Assembly (NCBI GenBank): GCA_035559315.1
Contig: DATMBJ010000099.1
Location: 60-64,059 of the forward strand
Length of the DNA: 64,000 nucleotides
Origin: Actinomycetota bacterium
Lineage (GTDB): Bacteria > Actinomycetota > UBA4738 > HRBIN12
Direction: 5' to 3'
Shown: positions 1 through 9,468 of the stretch, piece after piece
Numbering within the stretch: the stretch's first letter is position 1
Layout of the letters: every line of letters starts with the position of its first letter
Position numbers and translations under genes: made by a program
Notes under the pieces: model-generated
Told to the model about the DNA's origin: nothing
The model's database searches: none
What the model saw: only the letters and a program-made list of their open reading frames with translations

Positions 1-375
1 GAGGAGGGCGAAGGCCACGCCCGCGAGCGCGACCGGGCCCGGGCGCTCCCCGAAGGAGAGGCCGACCCCGACGGGGACCACCGAGCCCACCACGGCCGCG
101 GTGGGCGCGGCCACGTTCATGGGCCCGATGGCCAGGGCCCGGTACAGGGCGGCGATCCCCACGCCCCCGCCGACGCCGGCCGCCGCCCCCCACGCGAGGT
201 CCGCCGTCGAGGGCGAGGCGGCGACGGCGGGCGAGAGACCGAGCGTCACCGCCAGGCCGAGCACCTGGGCGACGACCACCACGCGCTCCGCCCGGAGCGT
301 GGTCGACGCGAGACCGCCGAGGAAGTCGGCGACCCCGTAGGCGACCCCTGCGACACCCGCCAGGAGGAGCGGCAC
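1..375 (-). CDS. EamA/DMT-family transporter, N-terminal part (gene runs off the window start)
   Basis: Reverse strand opens with GTG at 375 and reads VPLLLAGVAGVAYGVADFLGGLAS...GIAALYRALAIGPMNVAAPT. It has hydrophobic helices and the G-x-x-DF-x-GG pattern typical of EamA permeases, with high third-position GC. It is absent from the ORF track because it is open at the window edge. Confidence 0.6.
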   Translation of the reverse strand, partial: MPLLLAGVAGVAYGVADFLGGLASTTLRAERVVVVAQVLGLAVTLGLSPAVAASPSTADLAWGAAAGVGGGVGIAALYRALAIGPMNVAAPTAAVVGSVVPVGVGLSFGERPGPVALAGVAFALL

Positions 376-421
376 GCGGAGGAGTCTCCCACGCGCCCCC
401 GCCGCCCGCTGCCGGGCTATC

Positions 422-1744
422 GTGGTCGGCGTCGTGGTCCGAGGGCCCCTGTCCCGCCTCGCCCTCGCGGCGCTCCTCGCGGCGGGCTGCACCGCACCCC
501 GGGGAGCCCCGGCCCCACCCGCCGCGCCCGCCCCCCGCGCGCTCCTCGCCCTCTGGCCGGAGCAGTCGGCCGAGGCTGCAGCGCGGGTGCAGCGCCTCGC
601 CGACCGAGGGGAGCGCTCGGTCCGCTGGCGGCTCGAGCCGCGGGCGGTGGCGCTGCGGTTCGCCCGCGAGGTGTTGGGCTGGCCGCACCCGCTCGTCGCG
701 CGCGAGCAGTCCTGGCGGGCCCTGAACGGCGTGGAGCTCGCCCGCCTCTGGCTCTGCCTTCCGACCGGCTGCCCGGCCGCGGGCCCCGCGTTCCACGAGG
801 AGGTGGTCCTCAAGCGGGTCGTGCGTCCCGGCCCCGGCGGCATCTGGAGCGTGGCCGAGGTCAACAGCGCCCGCCTCCAGTTCGCGCCCCTCCTGTTCCT
901 CCGGGTCCGCGACGTCGAGGTGCCGGCCGGCTACCGGGTCCGCCTGCTGTCCCCGGCCCCCCGGACCGGCGGGCTCCCGGAGGGGACCACGGTCGTCGCG
1001 GGGTCGGTCGCCTGGACCAGGTGCGGCGCGGTCACGGAGGCCTCCGAGACCAGGCTCTGGCTCCGCCAGGCGAGGTTCCAGGTGGCCACCAGGGGGTGCG
1101 ACCCGGACGGCGGGATCGGCGCCCCCGCTCCCGGCTACGTCTTCGCGCTCCGCGCGGCCGGCGCCGCCGACCCCGGGGCGCTCGCGGCCTCCCTGTTCGA
1201 CCCGCGGACGCCCCGGGAGCCCCCGGTCACGCTCCTCGACCTCACCGCCGCCGCCGTCCGCTTCCTCCCGCGCCCCGGGCCGCTCCCCCGGCCGCCGCCC
1301 GCCTGGCTCCAGGAGGACCCTCGGACCTACCCGGTCTGCCGGGGGCGCGACCTCGCGGCCGCGGAGCTCTCGTTCGAGCCCGGGGTGCTGGCGGGCCTGG
1401 GCGGCGGGCTCGGGATCGCGGTCGAGGTCCACCGCCGCGGCGGCGGCCCCTGCCGGGTCCGGGCGCGGCTCGCGCTCACGCTCGAGGGGCCGGACGGACG
1501 CCCGCTCCCGATCCGGGGGAACGGCCTCGCCGTCCGGGTCCGTGGGATCCTCCCGCTCCGGGAGGCGACGGCCGGCTGGTGGTTCCGCTCGTGGTGCCGG
1601 CGCGGCCCGCTCGGCGACCGGGTCGCGTTCCGCATCTCCGGGCTCCGGAGGGACCTCGTGGTGGCCCGGCCGTTCCTCCGTGTGCCGTGCACGGGTCCCC
1701 CGGCCGCCGGCCCGCCCTCGCTGGAGGCGCTCCCGGGCGGGTAG
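422..1744 (+). CDS. hypothetical lipoprotein
   Basis: 440-aa ORF with a GTG start. A signal-like N-terminus ends in the lipobox LLAAGC. Third-position GC is strong throughout. No family recognised. Confidence 0.55.
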   Translation: MVGVVVRGPLSRLALAALLAAGCTAPRGAPAPPAAPAPRALLALWPEQSAEAAARVQRLADRGERSVRWRLEPRAVALRFAREVLGWPHPLVAREQSWRALNGVELARLWLCLPTGCPAAGPAFHEEVVLKRVVRPGPGGIWSVAEVNSARLQFAPLLFLRVRDVEVPAGYRVRLLSPAPRTGGLPEGTTVVAGSVAWTRCGAVTEASETRLWLRQARFQVATRGCDPDGGIGAPAPGYVFALRAAGAADPGALAASLFDPRTPREPPVTLLDLTAAAVRFLPRPGPLPRPPPAWLQEDPRTYPVCRGRDLAAAELSFEPGVLAGLGGGLGIAVEVHRRGGGPCRVRARLALTLEGPDGRPLPIRGNGLAVRVRGILPLREATAGWWFRSWCRRGPLGDRVAFRISGLRRDLVVARPFLRVPCTGPPAAGPPSLEALPGG

Positions 1745-1782
1745 GGCCGCCCCGTCGGCCCCTCGGCTACCATGGCGCGGCC

Positions 1783-2448
1783 GTGCGTCGCGTCGAACCC
1801 ACCGAGAGGACCCGCGTCCGCCGCCTCCCCGAACGGGGGGTCTACGACCGGACGGTCATCGACGCGATCCTCGACGAGGCCCTCGTCTGCCACCTCGCGA
1901 CCCTGGTGGACGGCTCCCCGCGGGTAATCCCCACCATCCACGCCCGGGTGGGCGACGCGCTGTACGTCCACGGCTCCCCCGCGAGCGGGACGCTCCGCGC
2001 CCTCCGCGAGGGCGCGGAGGTGTGCCTCGCCGCCACGCTCGTGGACGGGCTCGTGCTCGCGCGCTCCGGCTTCCACAGCTCGATCAACTACCGCTCGGTG
2101 ATCGTCTACGGGCGGGCGCGGGAGGTCACCGACCCCGAGGAGAAGCGCCGCGCCCAGGCCGCCCTCGTGGACCACGTCGCGCCGGGGCGCTCGGCCGAGG
2201 TCCGCCCGCCCACCGACCGAGAGCTGCGGCAGACCGCGATCTTCGCGATCCCCCTCGACGAAGCGTCGGCCAAGGTCCGGACCGGACCGCCCGTGGACGA
2301 CGAGGAGGACCTGGGCCTCCCGATCTGGGCCGGCGTCCTCCCGCTCCGGACCGTCGTGGGGCCGCCCGAGGCCGACCCTCGCCTCCCGCCGGGCATCGGA
2401 CCCCCCGAGAGCGTCCTCCGCTACCGGCGGCCCGGAGCGCCGGGCTGA
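1783..2448 (+). CDS. pyridoxamine 5'-phosphate oxidase-like (split-barrel FMN-binding) family protein
   Basis: This is the tail of ORF 1021..2448. The sequence VYDRTVIDAILDEALVCHLATLVDGSPRVIPTIHARVGDALYVHGS...FHSSINYRSVIVYGRA looks like the PNPOx-like family. The start is placed at the first in-frame GTG after the upstream stop and is uncertain. Confidence 0.75.
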   Translation: MRRVEPTERTRVRRLPERGVYDRTVIDAILDEALVCHLATLVDGSPRVIPTIHARVGDALYVHGSPASGTLRALREGAEVCLAATLVDGLVLARSGFHSSINYRSVIVYGRAREVTDPEEKRRAQAALVDHVAPGRSAEVRPPTDRELRQTAIFAIPLDEASAKVRTGPPVDDEEDLGLPIWAGVLPLRTVVGPPEADPRLPPGIGPPESVLRYRRPGAPG

Positions 2449-2515
2449 GCGGGTCCTGCGACAGGAGGGACGCGCGGCGCGTCCTCCCGGTTTGACGCGG
2501 CCCCGCCCGCCGGGT

Positions 2516-2534
2516 ATATATCGAGCCGATATAT
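2516..2534. promoter_or_regulatory. perfect 8-bp inverted repeat ATATATCG-agc-CGATATAT, candidate PadR operator
   Basis: Read directly in a locally AT-rich patch 27 nt upstream of the padR ATG (2561). A related half-site TTATATCGG follows at 2542-2550. Confidence 0.45.
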
Positions 2535-2560
2535 CCGTCCGTTATATCGGTTCGACACAG

Positions 2561-3154
2561 ATGGAAGGACGACGAGGGATGCTCGAGCTCGCGGTCCTCG
2601 GCCTGCTGAAGGAGCGCTCCATGCACGGCTACCAGCTCTCGAAGCGGCTCACGGACACGCTCGGGGGGTTCTGGCGGGTCTCCTACGGCTCGCTCTACCC
2701 GAGCCTGCGCCGGCTCGAGCGCGAGGGGGCCGTGGAGAAGGTCTTCGACGAGCAGGCCGTCGGCCGCCGGAAGAACGTGTACCGGATCACCGAGAAGGGC
2801 GAGCGGCTGTTCCTCGACCTCCTCCAGGAGGCGGGGACCGAGAGCCCCGAGGAGAACCGGTTCCGGGTGCGGCTCGCGTTCTTCAAGTACCTGGCCCCCG
2901 ATACCCGGATCCGCCTCCTCGAGCGGCGCCGCGCCTACCTCGAGGAGCGGCTCTCCACGATCAAGGACATGCTCCAGGCCCGGCGGGAGCGGTACGACAC
3001 CTACACGCTCTCGCTGATGGAGCACGGCCAGGTCTCCACCGAGCAGGACATCGCCTGGCTCGACGGGCTGATCCGAGCCGAGCGGAACCGCACCGGGGGC
3101 GCGGAGCGACCCGAGCGCCGCCGGGCGCTGCGGAGGAAGGAGCGCACCACATGA
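2561..3154 (+). CDS. PadR-family transcriptional regulator
   Basis: [23 protein letters not shown]...[19 protein letters not shown]...[10 protein letters not shown] is a classic PadR winged helix. The ATG at 2561 is chosen over the ORF-track start. Its stop overlaps the ino1 start (ATGA). Confidence 0.85.
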   Translation: MEGRRGMLELAVLGLLKERSMHGYQLSKRLTDTLGGFWRVSYGSLYPSLRRLEREGAVEKVFDEQAVGRRKNVYRITEKGERLFLDLLQEAGTESPEENRFRVRLAFFKYLAPDTRIRLLERRRAYLEERLSTIKDMLQARRERYDTYTLSLMEHGQVSTEQDIAWLDGLIRAERNRTGGAERPERRRALRRKERTT

Positions 3155-4272
3155 GCAAGGTCAGGCTGGCCATCGTCGGCGTGGGCAACTGCGCCTCGTC
3201 GCTCGTGCAGGGCATCGAGTACTACCGCGACGCGCCCGAGGACCAGCGCGTGCCGGGCCTCATGCACGTCCGCCTCGGCCCCTACCACGTGCGCGACGTC
3301 GAGGTCGTCGCGGCCTTCGACGTCGACGCCAAGAAGGTCGGCCGGGACGTCGCCGAGGCCATCTTCACCGAGCCGAACAACACGATCCGCTTCGCGGACG
3401 TCCCCCCCACCGGGGTGACGGTCCTCCGGGGGCCCACCCTCGACGGCCTCGGGAAGTACTACCGCGAGGTCGTGACCGAGTCCGACGAGCCCGAGGTCGA
3501 CGTGGCGGCCGCCCTCCGCGAGGCCGGGGCCGAGGTCGTCGCCTGCTACCTCCCGGTCGGGAGCGAGCAGGCCGTCCGCCACTACGCGCAGGCCGCGATC
3601 GACGCCGGCTGCGCGTTCGTGAACTGCCTGCCGGTGTTCATCGCGAGCGACCAGGGGTGGGCGCGGCGGTTCGCCGAGGCGGGCCTCCCGGTCGTGGGCG
3701 ACGACATCAAGAGCCAGGTGGGCGCCACCATCGTCCACCGGGTGCTCGCCAAGCTGTTCGAGGACCGCGGCGTGCTCCTCGAGCGCACCTCCCAGCTCAA
3801 CTTCGGCGGGAACATGGACTTCCTGAACATGCTCGAGCGGGAGCGGCTCGCGTCCAAGAAGCTCTCGAAGACCCGGGCCGTCACCTCCCAGCTGTCGCGG
3901 GATATCGGGGAGGGGAACATCCACATCGGGCCCTCCGACCACGTGCCGTGGCTCGAGGACCGGAAGTGGGCGCACATCCGGCTCGAGGGCCGGGAGTTCG
4001 GCGACGTGCCGATCTCGATCGAGCTGAAGCTCGAGGTGTGGGACAGCCCGAACTCGGCGGGGGTGGCGATCGACGCGATCCGCTGCGCGAAGCTCGCGAT
4101 GGACCGCGGCATCGGCGGCCCCCTGATCGGCCCCTCGGCCTACTTCATGAAGTCGCCGCCGGTGCAGTTCTCCGACGAGGCGGCGCGGGAGATGGTCGAG
4201 GCGTTCATCCTGGGCGACGACGGTTCGACGCACGCGGACTGGACGGCGTTCTTCGACAGCCAGCGCGCGTAG
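3151..4272 (+). CDS. ino1: myo-inositol-1-phosphate synthase
   Basis: [22 protein letters not shown]...[25 protein letters not shown]...[13 protein letters not shown] is the actinobacterial Ino1 signature. The padR-ino1 pairing is as in mycobacteria. Confidence 0.93.
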   Translation: MSKVRLAIVGVGNCASSLVQGIEYYRDAPEDQRVPGLMHVRLGPYHVRDVEVVAAFDVDAKKVGRDVAEAIFTEPNNTIRFADVPPTGVTVLRGPTLDGLGKYYREVVTESDEPEVDVAAALREAGAEVVACYLPVGSEQAVRHYAQAAIDAGCAFVNCLPVFIASDQGWARRFAEAGLPVVGDDIKSQVGATIVHRVLAKLFEDRGVLLERTSQLNFGGNMDFLNMLERERLASKKLSKTRAVTSQLSRDIGEGNIHIGPSDHVPWLEDRKWAHIRLEGREFGDVPISIELKLEVWDSPNSAGVAIDAIRCAKLAMDRGIGGPLIGPSAYFMKSPPVQFSDEAAREMVEAFILGDDGSTHADWTAFFDSQRA

Positions 4273-4330
4273 CGCGGGCCCGCCCCCTGGCCCGAGGGGC
4301 GGCCGGGCCCGGCTCCCCTACCATCGGCCC

Positions 4331-5785
4331 GTGAGGGGATCGCTCGACCGGGCCCGGGAGGCCGTCCGCAGCCCGGACTTCCGCCGGCTGTTGCTGATGC
4401 GCCTCGCGAGCCAGTTCGGCGACGGGCTGTTCCAGGCCTCGCTGGTGGCCTCGGTGATCTTCGCGCCGGAGCGGCAGACGACGGCGGTCGGCTTCGCCAA
4501 GGCCACCGCCCTCGTCTCCCTCCCGTTCTCCGTGATCGGCCCGTTCACCGGGGTGTTCATCGACCGCTGGCCCCGGCGGCGGATCCTCGTCGCCGCCCCC
4601 TGGCTCCGGGCGGCCGCGGCGCCCCTCGTGCTGTTCGACCCCGAGGCGTCGGCGCTGCCGTTCTACGCCGGCGCCCTCTGGGTGCTCTCGGTGAACCGGT
4701 TCTTCCTCGCCACCGCCCAGGCCGTGGTCCCGCGGCTGGTCCCCACCGAGGACCTCCTCGTGGCCAACTCCCTCGCCACCGTCGGGGGGACGGTCTCGCT
4801 CCTCGCCGGGGTCTTCGCGGGCGGCCTCCTCGCCGACGCGCTCGGCACGGTCCCGGTGATCGCGGCCGCCGGGGGGCTCTGGCTCCTCGCGTCGGGCCTC
4901 GCCGCGCGGATCCGTTCGGACCTCGTGCCCCACGCCTTGCCGGCGGCGCCCCTCGGGCACGAGCTCGTCCGGGTGGCCCGGGAGTTCCGCGAGGGGATCG
5001 CCCACCTGGTCCGCGCGCCCCGGGCGGTCGGCCCCATCACGTCGATCGCCGTGGACCAGTTCGGCCAGGGCGTCGTGCTCGTGTTCTCGCTGTTCGTGTT
5101 CCGGGACATGTTCCGGGAGGGGGTGGGGTCGTTCTCCTGGCTGATCGGGGCGGGCGGCGCCGGCGTGTTCCTCGGCATCCTCACCGTCGGGAAGCTCGAG
5201 GAGCGCTTCCGGAAGGAGTGGATCGTGGCCGGCGCGTTCCTCCTCGGGGGAGCGAGCGTGGCCGCGGTCTCGCTCCGGATCACCGGCCCGACCGTCCTGC
5301 TCGCGAGCTTCGTGGTCGGGCTCACGTTCGCCTGGAAGAAGGTCCCGGTCGACACGATGGTCCAGGAGGCGGTCCCCGACGCCTTCCGGGGGCGGGTGTT
5401 CGCCGTGTACGACGTGGCCTACAACGTCGTGCGGCTCCTCGCGGCGATCGCGGCGATCCCGCTCCTCCCTGCCCTCGGGCTGCGCGGCTCGGTGGCGGCG
5501 ATCGGGGCGGGCTTCGTGCTCTGGTCCCCGGTGCTGCCGCTGTGGGTGGGCCGGGTCCCCGAGATCGTCCTCCGGTTCTACGAGGGAGCCCGGGCCGAGG
5601 AGTGGCCGAGGGCCGTGGTCTGGGGCGGCGTGGAGGAGCCCGTGGAGGTGGAGCGGACCTGGCTCGAGGAGCGGGACGGGCTCCGGCGCCGCTGCTTCAC
5701 GCTCCGGCTCGCCGACGGCACCGTGATCGACGTCTCCCGGGCGGAGCCCGACGGCGCCTGGCGCCTCGACGCCGAGCGCGCCTGA
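4331..5785 (+). CDS. MFS transporter with a soluble C-terminal extension
   Basis: 484-aa ORF starting SPDFRRLLLMRLASQFGDGLFQASL, with many hydrophobic helices and a non-membrane tail of about 70 residues. Confidence 0.8.
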   Translation: MRGSLDRAREAVRSPDFRRLLLMRLASQFGDGLFQASLVASVIFAPERQTTAVGFAKATALVSLPFSVIGPFTGVFIDRWPRRRILVAAPWLRAAAAPLVLFDPEASALPFYAGALWVLSVNRFFLATAQAVVPRLVPTEDLLVANSLATVGGTVSLLAGVFAGGLLADALGTVPVIAAAGGLWLLASGLAARIRSDLVPHALPAAPLGHELVRVAREFREGIAHLVRAPRAVGPITSIAVDQFGQGVVLVFSLFVFRDMFREGVGSFSWLIGAGGAGVFLGILTVGKLEERFRKEWIVAGAFLLGGASVAAVSLRITGPTVLLASFVVGLTFAWKKVPVDTMVQEAVPDAFRGRVFAVYDVAYNVVRLLAAIAAIPLLPALGLRGSVAAIGAGFVLWSPVLPLWVGRVPEIVLRFYEGARAEEWPRAVVWGGVEEPVEVERTWLEERDGLRRRCFTLRLADGTVIDVSRAEPDGAWRLDAERA

Positions 5786-5820
5786 CCAGGGGTCGCGGCC
5801 CGGCCCTCCCACGGGGCAGG

Positions 5821-6714
5821 ATGGAACCGGAGGGACGCCGCGTGGGTCGGGTCGTGCGGATGCGCGGACGGCGGATGGCGGTCGGGGCGTGCGTGGCGGC
5901 GGCCGTCGCGCTCGCCGCCTGCTCCGAGCCGGCCGGGGGGATGGGAGCCGCCGGGGCCGCCGGGGCCGGGATCGCCCGAGCCGGGGCCGCCGGGGCGCGG
6001 TCCGCAGCGCCCGGAGCCGCCGCCGAGGCCCGCCGGGGGAGCCCCCTCCCGAGCTCGACCCCGGCGGCCGGGTCGTCCTCCACCTCGCCGGAGGGGCCCG
6101 GGGTCCCCCTCCTCCCGGAGGTCGGCCCCACCCGTCCCTGGACGATCTCCCCGATCCGGGGGGAGCTCCGCCGCGCCCTGGTCCCCCGGAACTGGCGGCC
6201 GGGCTGCCCGGTGCCCCTCGACGACCTCCGCTGGCTGACCGTGGCCTACCGGGGCTTCGACGGCCGGCGGCGCGTCGGGCCCATCGTGGTCCACGAGGCC
6301 GTGGCCGAGGACGTCCGGTGGGTGTTCCGCCGCCTGTTCCGAGCCGGGTTCCCGATCAAGCGGGTGGCGCTCCCCCGCCGGTTCCGGGACCTCCCGCGCA
6401 GCGAGACCTGGGACGACACCCGGAACGTCACCTCGGGCTTCAACTGCCGCCCGGTGACCGACGGGACCTCGTGGTCCCAGCACGCCTACGGCCTCGCGAT
6501 CGATATCAACCCCCTGCAGAACCCCTACGTGCGGCCCGACGGCTCGGTGCTCCGGCGGGCCGCGAGGCCCTACCGGGACCGGAGCCTCGACCGCCCCGGG
6601 ATGATCCACGAGGGCGACGCGGTGGTGGAGGCCTTCGACGCGATCGGCTGGGAGTGGGGCGGCCGCTGGCGCACGCTCAAGGACTACATGCACTTCTCGG
6701 CCACCGGGCGCTGA
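5821..6714 (+). CDS. M15-family (VanY-like) D-Ala-D-Ala carboxypeptidase, lipoprotein
   Basis: Tail of ORF 5218..6714. It has the lipobox ALAAC, the metal motifs SQHAYGLAIDINP and DYMHFS, and GWEWGGRW. The start could instead be the ATG at 5860. Confidence 0.8.
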   Translation: MEPEGRRVGRVVRMRGRRMAVGACVAAAVALAACSEPAGGMGAAGAAGAGIARAGAAGARSAAPGAAAEARRGSPLPSSTPAAGSSSTSPEGPGVPLLPEVGPTRPWTISPIRGELRRALVPRNWRPGCPVPLDDLRWLTVAYRGFDGRRRVGPIVVHEAVAEDVRWVFRRLFRAGFPIKRVALPRRFRDLPRSETWDDTRNVTSGFNCRPVTDGTSWSQHAYGLAIDINPLQNPYVRPDGSVLRRAARPYRDRSLDRPGMIHEGDAVVEAFDAIGWEWGGRWRTLKDYMHFSATGR

Positions 6715-6780
6715 CCGGCCCCCAGGGACCACGGGCGACCGGGGCCGGAGCCGCTCCGCGGGCCGGGGACGTGGCCCCGC

Positions 6781-7278
6781 TCAGATGAAGAGCTGGATGT
6801 CGGCCTCCTTCATCTCCAGGAGGGCCGTGGCCGCCCCGATGGGCTCCGGGAGGCCGTCCAGCAGGTGCTCCCGCTTGAGGCCGAGCATGTCCATCGTCAT
6901 CTGGCACGGCACGAGGTTCACGCCCATGTCCCGGGCCATCTCCAGGAGCTCCGTGGGGTGGGGGGTCTTGTAGTCCCGGGCCAGCTTGGCGAGCATCTTC
7001 GGGCCGATCCCGGCGAAGTTCATCTTGGAGAGCTTGGCCTTCCGCACGCTCCCCGGGTTGTAGATCGCGAGCATCTTCTGCATCCAGTTGAACCCGGTCT
7101 TCCTCGCGTGCTCCGGCTTCACCAGCGCGAACAGCCCCCAGAAGGTGAAGAACACCGTGGCCTGCATCCCCGAGGCGACCGCGGTGGTCGCGAGGATCAG
7201 CGTCGGCCAGATCCGGTCGAGGTCGCCGGACCAGGCGATGATCGTGATCTTGCTCGGCTTCCCGTTGCCCTCGCCCAT
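6781..7278 (-). CDS. DsrE/DsrF-like sulfur-relay family protein
   Basis: KITIIAWSGDLDRIWPTLILATTAVASGMQATVFFTFWGL...NLVPCQMTMDMLG resembles the DsrE-like fold with its conserved Cys. The SD GAGGTGGG lies upstream, with a 9-nt gap after tusA. Confidence 0.8.
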   Translation of the reverse strand: MGEGNGKPSKITIIAWSGDLDRIWPTLILATTAVASGMQATVFFTFWGLFALVKPEHARKTGFNWMQKMLAIYNPGSVRKAKLSKMNFAGIGPKMLAKLARDYKTPHPTELLEMARDMGVNLVPCQMTMDMLGLKREHLLDGLPEPIGAATALLEMKEADIQLFI

Positions 7279-7287
7279 CGTCCCACC

Positions 7288-7563
7288 TCACACCTTCCGG
7301 ATGCGGTAGCGGAAGACGCCGTCCCCGCCCCGCTCCCGCTCGAGCAGCTCGTTCCCGGTGAGCCGGGCCCAGGCCGGAACGTCGGACCAGGAACCGGGGT
7401 CGGTGGCCAGCAGCTCGACGACCTCGCCGGCGGGGACGTCCTTGAGCGCGCGGGCGAGCGTCACGAGCGGCCCGGGGCAGGACTGCCCGCGGGCGTCGAT
7501 GGACCTCGACGCCGGCTCGCCGACGTCGTGGCGGGTGCTCTCGATCGCGGTGGAAGCATCCAT
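7288..7563 (-). CDS. tusA: TusA/SirA-like sulfurtransferase
   Basis: The sequence IDARGQSCPGPLVTLARAL contains the CPxP active-site motif. Size is about 90 aa. A strong SD (AGGAGG) sits 8 nt upstream of the ATG. Confidence 0.85.
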   Translation of the reverse strand: MDASTAIESTRHDVGEPASRSIDARGQSCPGPLVTLARALKDVPAGEVVELLATDPGSWSDVPAWARLTGNELLERERGGDGVFRYRIRKV

Positions 7564-7623
7564 GGCACGGGCCTCCTGAGAGGAACGATGGGATCCGGTC
7601 GGGGGTGGGTGCCGTGCGGGCGG

Positions 7624-7713
7624 CTAGGCGCAGGCGCCGCCCGGCACCCCGGGACAGCAGCACCGGCAGGGGATCATGATCCCCACGAGACCGCGGCACC
7701 GCGTCCTGATCAT
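7624..7713 (-). CDS. candidate polycysteine mini-ORF (29 aa, MIRTRCRGLVGIMIPCRCCCPGVPGGACA)
   Basis: This is the in-frame end of the 106-aa ORF 7624..7944, lying in the gap between the SQR-like stop and the tusA start. Alternative in-frame ATGs are at 7740 (38 aa) and 7677 (17 aa). Translation is unproven. Confidence 0.3.
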   Translation of the reverse strand: MIRTRCRGLVGIMIPCRCCCPGVPGGACA

Positions 7714-7778
7714 CGCAACTGCAAATCCTACCCCTCCCATGGGAAAGACCGCAAGCGGGAGCCGGGCCGCAGCCACGC

Positions 7779-8924
7779 CTAGGCGGCCGGGCCGAACCAC
7801 TCGTCGAGCCGGTCGCGCTCGGAACGCCGCTTCTCCTCGAGGTTCGCCGCGGATGCCGGGACGAGCTCGACCTGCGGCCCGGGCTCGGCCAGGAACCGCC
7901 CGCGCACGACCATCGCCTCGCCGCCGCCCACCTCGAGGTAGCACTCCCCGCGGCCGTCGAAGGTGGCCTCCGGCTCGTTCCCCGCCAGCCGGGCCGCGAT
8001 CCGCTCCGCCGCCACCCGGCCCTCCTCGGCGGCGAGGACCCCGGCCTTCGGCATGGGCATCCCGGTCGACAGCGCGATGCCCACGCAGTCGCCCACCGCG
8101 AACACGCCCTCGAACCGCGTCTCCAGCGTGCTCGGCTCCACCTCCACCCAGCCGCCCTCCTCGGCCAGCCCCGCCTCGACCAGGAGCGGCGGCACCCGGT
8201 GCGGCGGGATGGCCAGGAGGAGGTCGAAGGGGATCCCCCCGCCGCCCTCGACCACGACCTCGCCCGGGTCGACCCGCTCGGCCCTCGTGTTGGGCCGGAA
8301 CGAGATGCCCCGGCGGGCCAGGCGCCCCTCGACCACCTGGCAGCCGGCGGGGCCGAGGACGGGCAGGGACATCGGTTGGGGGGTGAACACCGTGACGTCG
8401 AGCGCGACGCCCCGGGCCTCGGCGGCCTCCTTCGCCAGGAGGGCCAGCTCGTACGGGGCCGGCGGGCAGGTGTAGGGCGCGCCGAAGATCCCGATCACCA
8501 GCCGCCCCCCGGCCATCGCCGCCAGGGCCTCGGCGGCCCGGGGAACCACCGCGGGGTCGTAGGCGTTCAGCCCGTTCTCGGCGAGGCCCGGCACGGCGCC
8601 GGGCACGGTCTCCGCGCCGAGGGCCACGACCATGGCCTCGCCCTCGAGCCGCTCCCCGTCGACCTCCGCGGCCCTCCCGGCGGGGTCCACGCGGGTGATG
8701 TGGCCGCGGCGGACGGTGACGTTCCCGCCCTCGAGCGCCGCCAGCGGACGGCTGCCGGCGGCCATCGTCTCCCGGCCGACCAGCTCGTCGGTCTTCCGGA
8801 ACCCCATCATGAAACGGGTCCCGGCGTCGATCAGGACCACCTCGTGGTCGGGCGCCAGGCGGCGGAGGTGATGCGCCGCCGACACCCCGCCGAACCCCCC
8901 GCCCAGGATCAGCACGCGCGCCAC
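7779..8924 (-). CDS. sulfide:quinone oxidoreductase-like NAD(P)/FAD-dependent oxidoreductase
   Basis: It begins with the dinucleotide-binding fold ARVLILGGGFGGVSAA and also carries YTCPPAPYELAL and FAVGDCVGI...PKAGV. The GTG start is preceded by the SD GGAGGGAG. Confidence 0.8.
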   Translation of the reverse strand: MARVLILGGGFGGVSAAHHLRRLAPDHEVVLIDAGTRFMMGFRKTDELVGRETMAAGSRPLAALEGGNVTVRRGHITRVDPAGRAAEVDGERLEGEAMVVALGAETVPGAVPGLAENGLNAYDPAVVPRAAEALAAMAGGRLVIGIFGAPYTCPPAPYELALLAKEAAEARGVALDVTVFTPQPMSLPVLGPAGCQVVEGRLARRGISFRPNTRAERVDPGEVVVEGGGGIPFDLLLAIPPHRVPPLLVEAGLAEEGGWVEVEPSTLETRFEGVFAVGDCVGIALSTGMPMPKAGVLAAEEGRVAAERIAARLAGNEPEATFDGRGECYLEVGGGEAMVVRGRFLAEPGPQVELVPASAANLEEKRRSERDRLDEWFGPAA

Positions 8925-8946
8925 GGTCGCTCCCTCCTCGGTCGTC

Positions 8947-9468
8947 TCACGCCGACCCTATCGGGCCTGCCGCCCGTCGCGGAACGCTCCCGGTCCCCTT
9001 CGTCCCCCGGCCGCCGGCCCGCAGGAGCCTCGGTCGGGGCCACCACACCGCCACGACCCGGCCCTTGATCGACCCCGGCTCCACGGGGCCGAACGTCCGG
9101 GAGTCCGTGGAGGCCTCCGCCCGGTCCCCCTCCACCCAGTACCGGCCGTCGAGGAGGGCGCCGTCCGGACCGACGTCCCCGGGGGCCGCCGTCACCCGCT
9201 TCACCAGCTCGAACCCCGGCCGGCGCGGATCCTCCACCACGACCACGTCGCCCCGCCGCGGCCGGCCGGCCACCGCGACGCCCCACTCGCCGTCCCGGAG
9301 GGCCGGCGACATGCTGTCCCCGGCGACCTCGAACCGGAACGGGCGCCACCGGAGCCAGGTCGCGCCGGCCAGCGCGGCGAGGCCGACGGCGGCCCACCAT
9401 CCCGCCTTCCGACGCCCGCGAGCCCGGTGATAGGTTGTGGGCAACGGACGATCGGAAGGAGGGGCCAT
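8947..9468 (-). CDS. sodX: S26-family peptidase, Ni-SOD maturation protease SodX-like
   Basis: Signal-peptidase motifs VAGDSMSPAL and VKRV...GD...S-DSR are present, and the gene is divergent from sodN. The start (9468 or 9477) overlaps the sodN start region and is uncertain. Confidence 0.75.
   Translation of the reverse strand: MAPPSDRPLPTTYHRARGRRKAGWWAAVGLAALAGATWLRWRPFRFEVAGDSMSPALRDGEWGVAVAGRPRRGDVVVVEDPRRPGFELVKRVTAAPGDVGPDGALLDGRYWVEGDRAEASTDSRTFGPVEPGSIKGRVVAVWWPRPRLLRAGGRGTKGTGSVPRRAAGPIGSA

Noticed and set aside
7714-7944. Upstream two-thirds of the 106-aa ORF 7624..7944
   Set aside because: It overlaps the 3' end of the SQR-like gene out of frame and is Arg/Gly/Pro-rich. Only the portion inside the intergenic gap was kept as a candidate mini-ORF.
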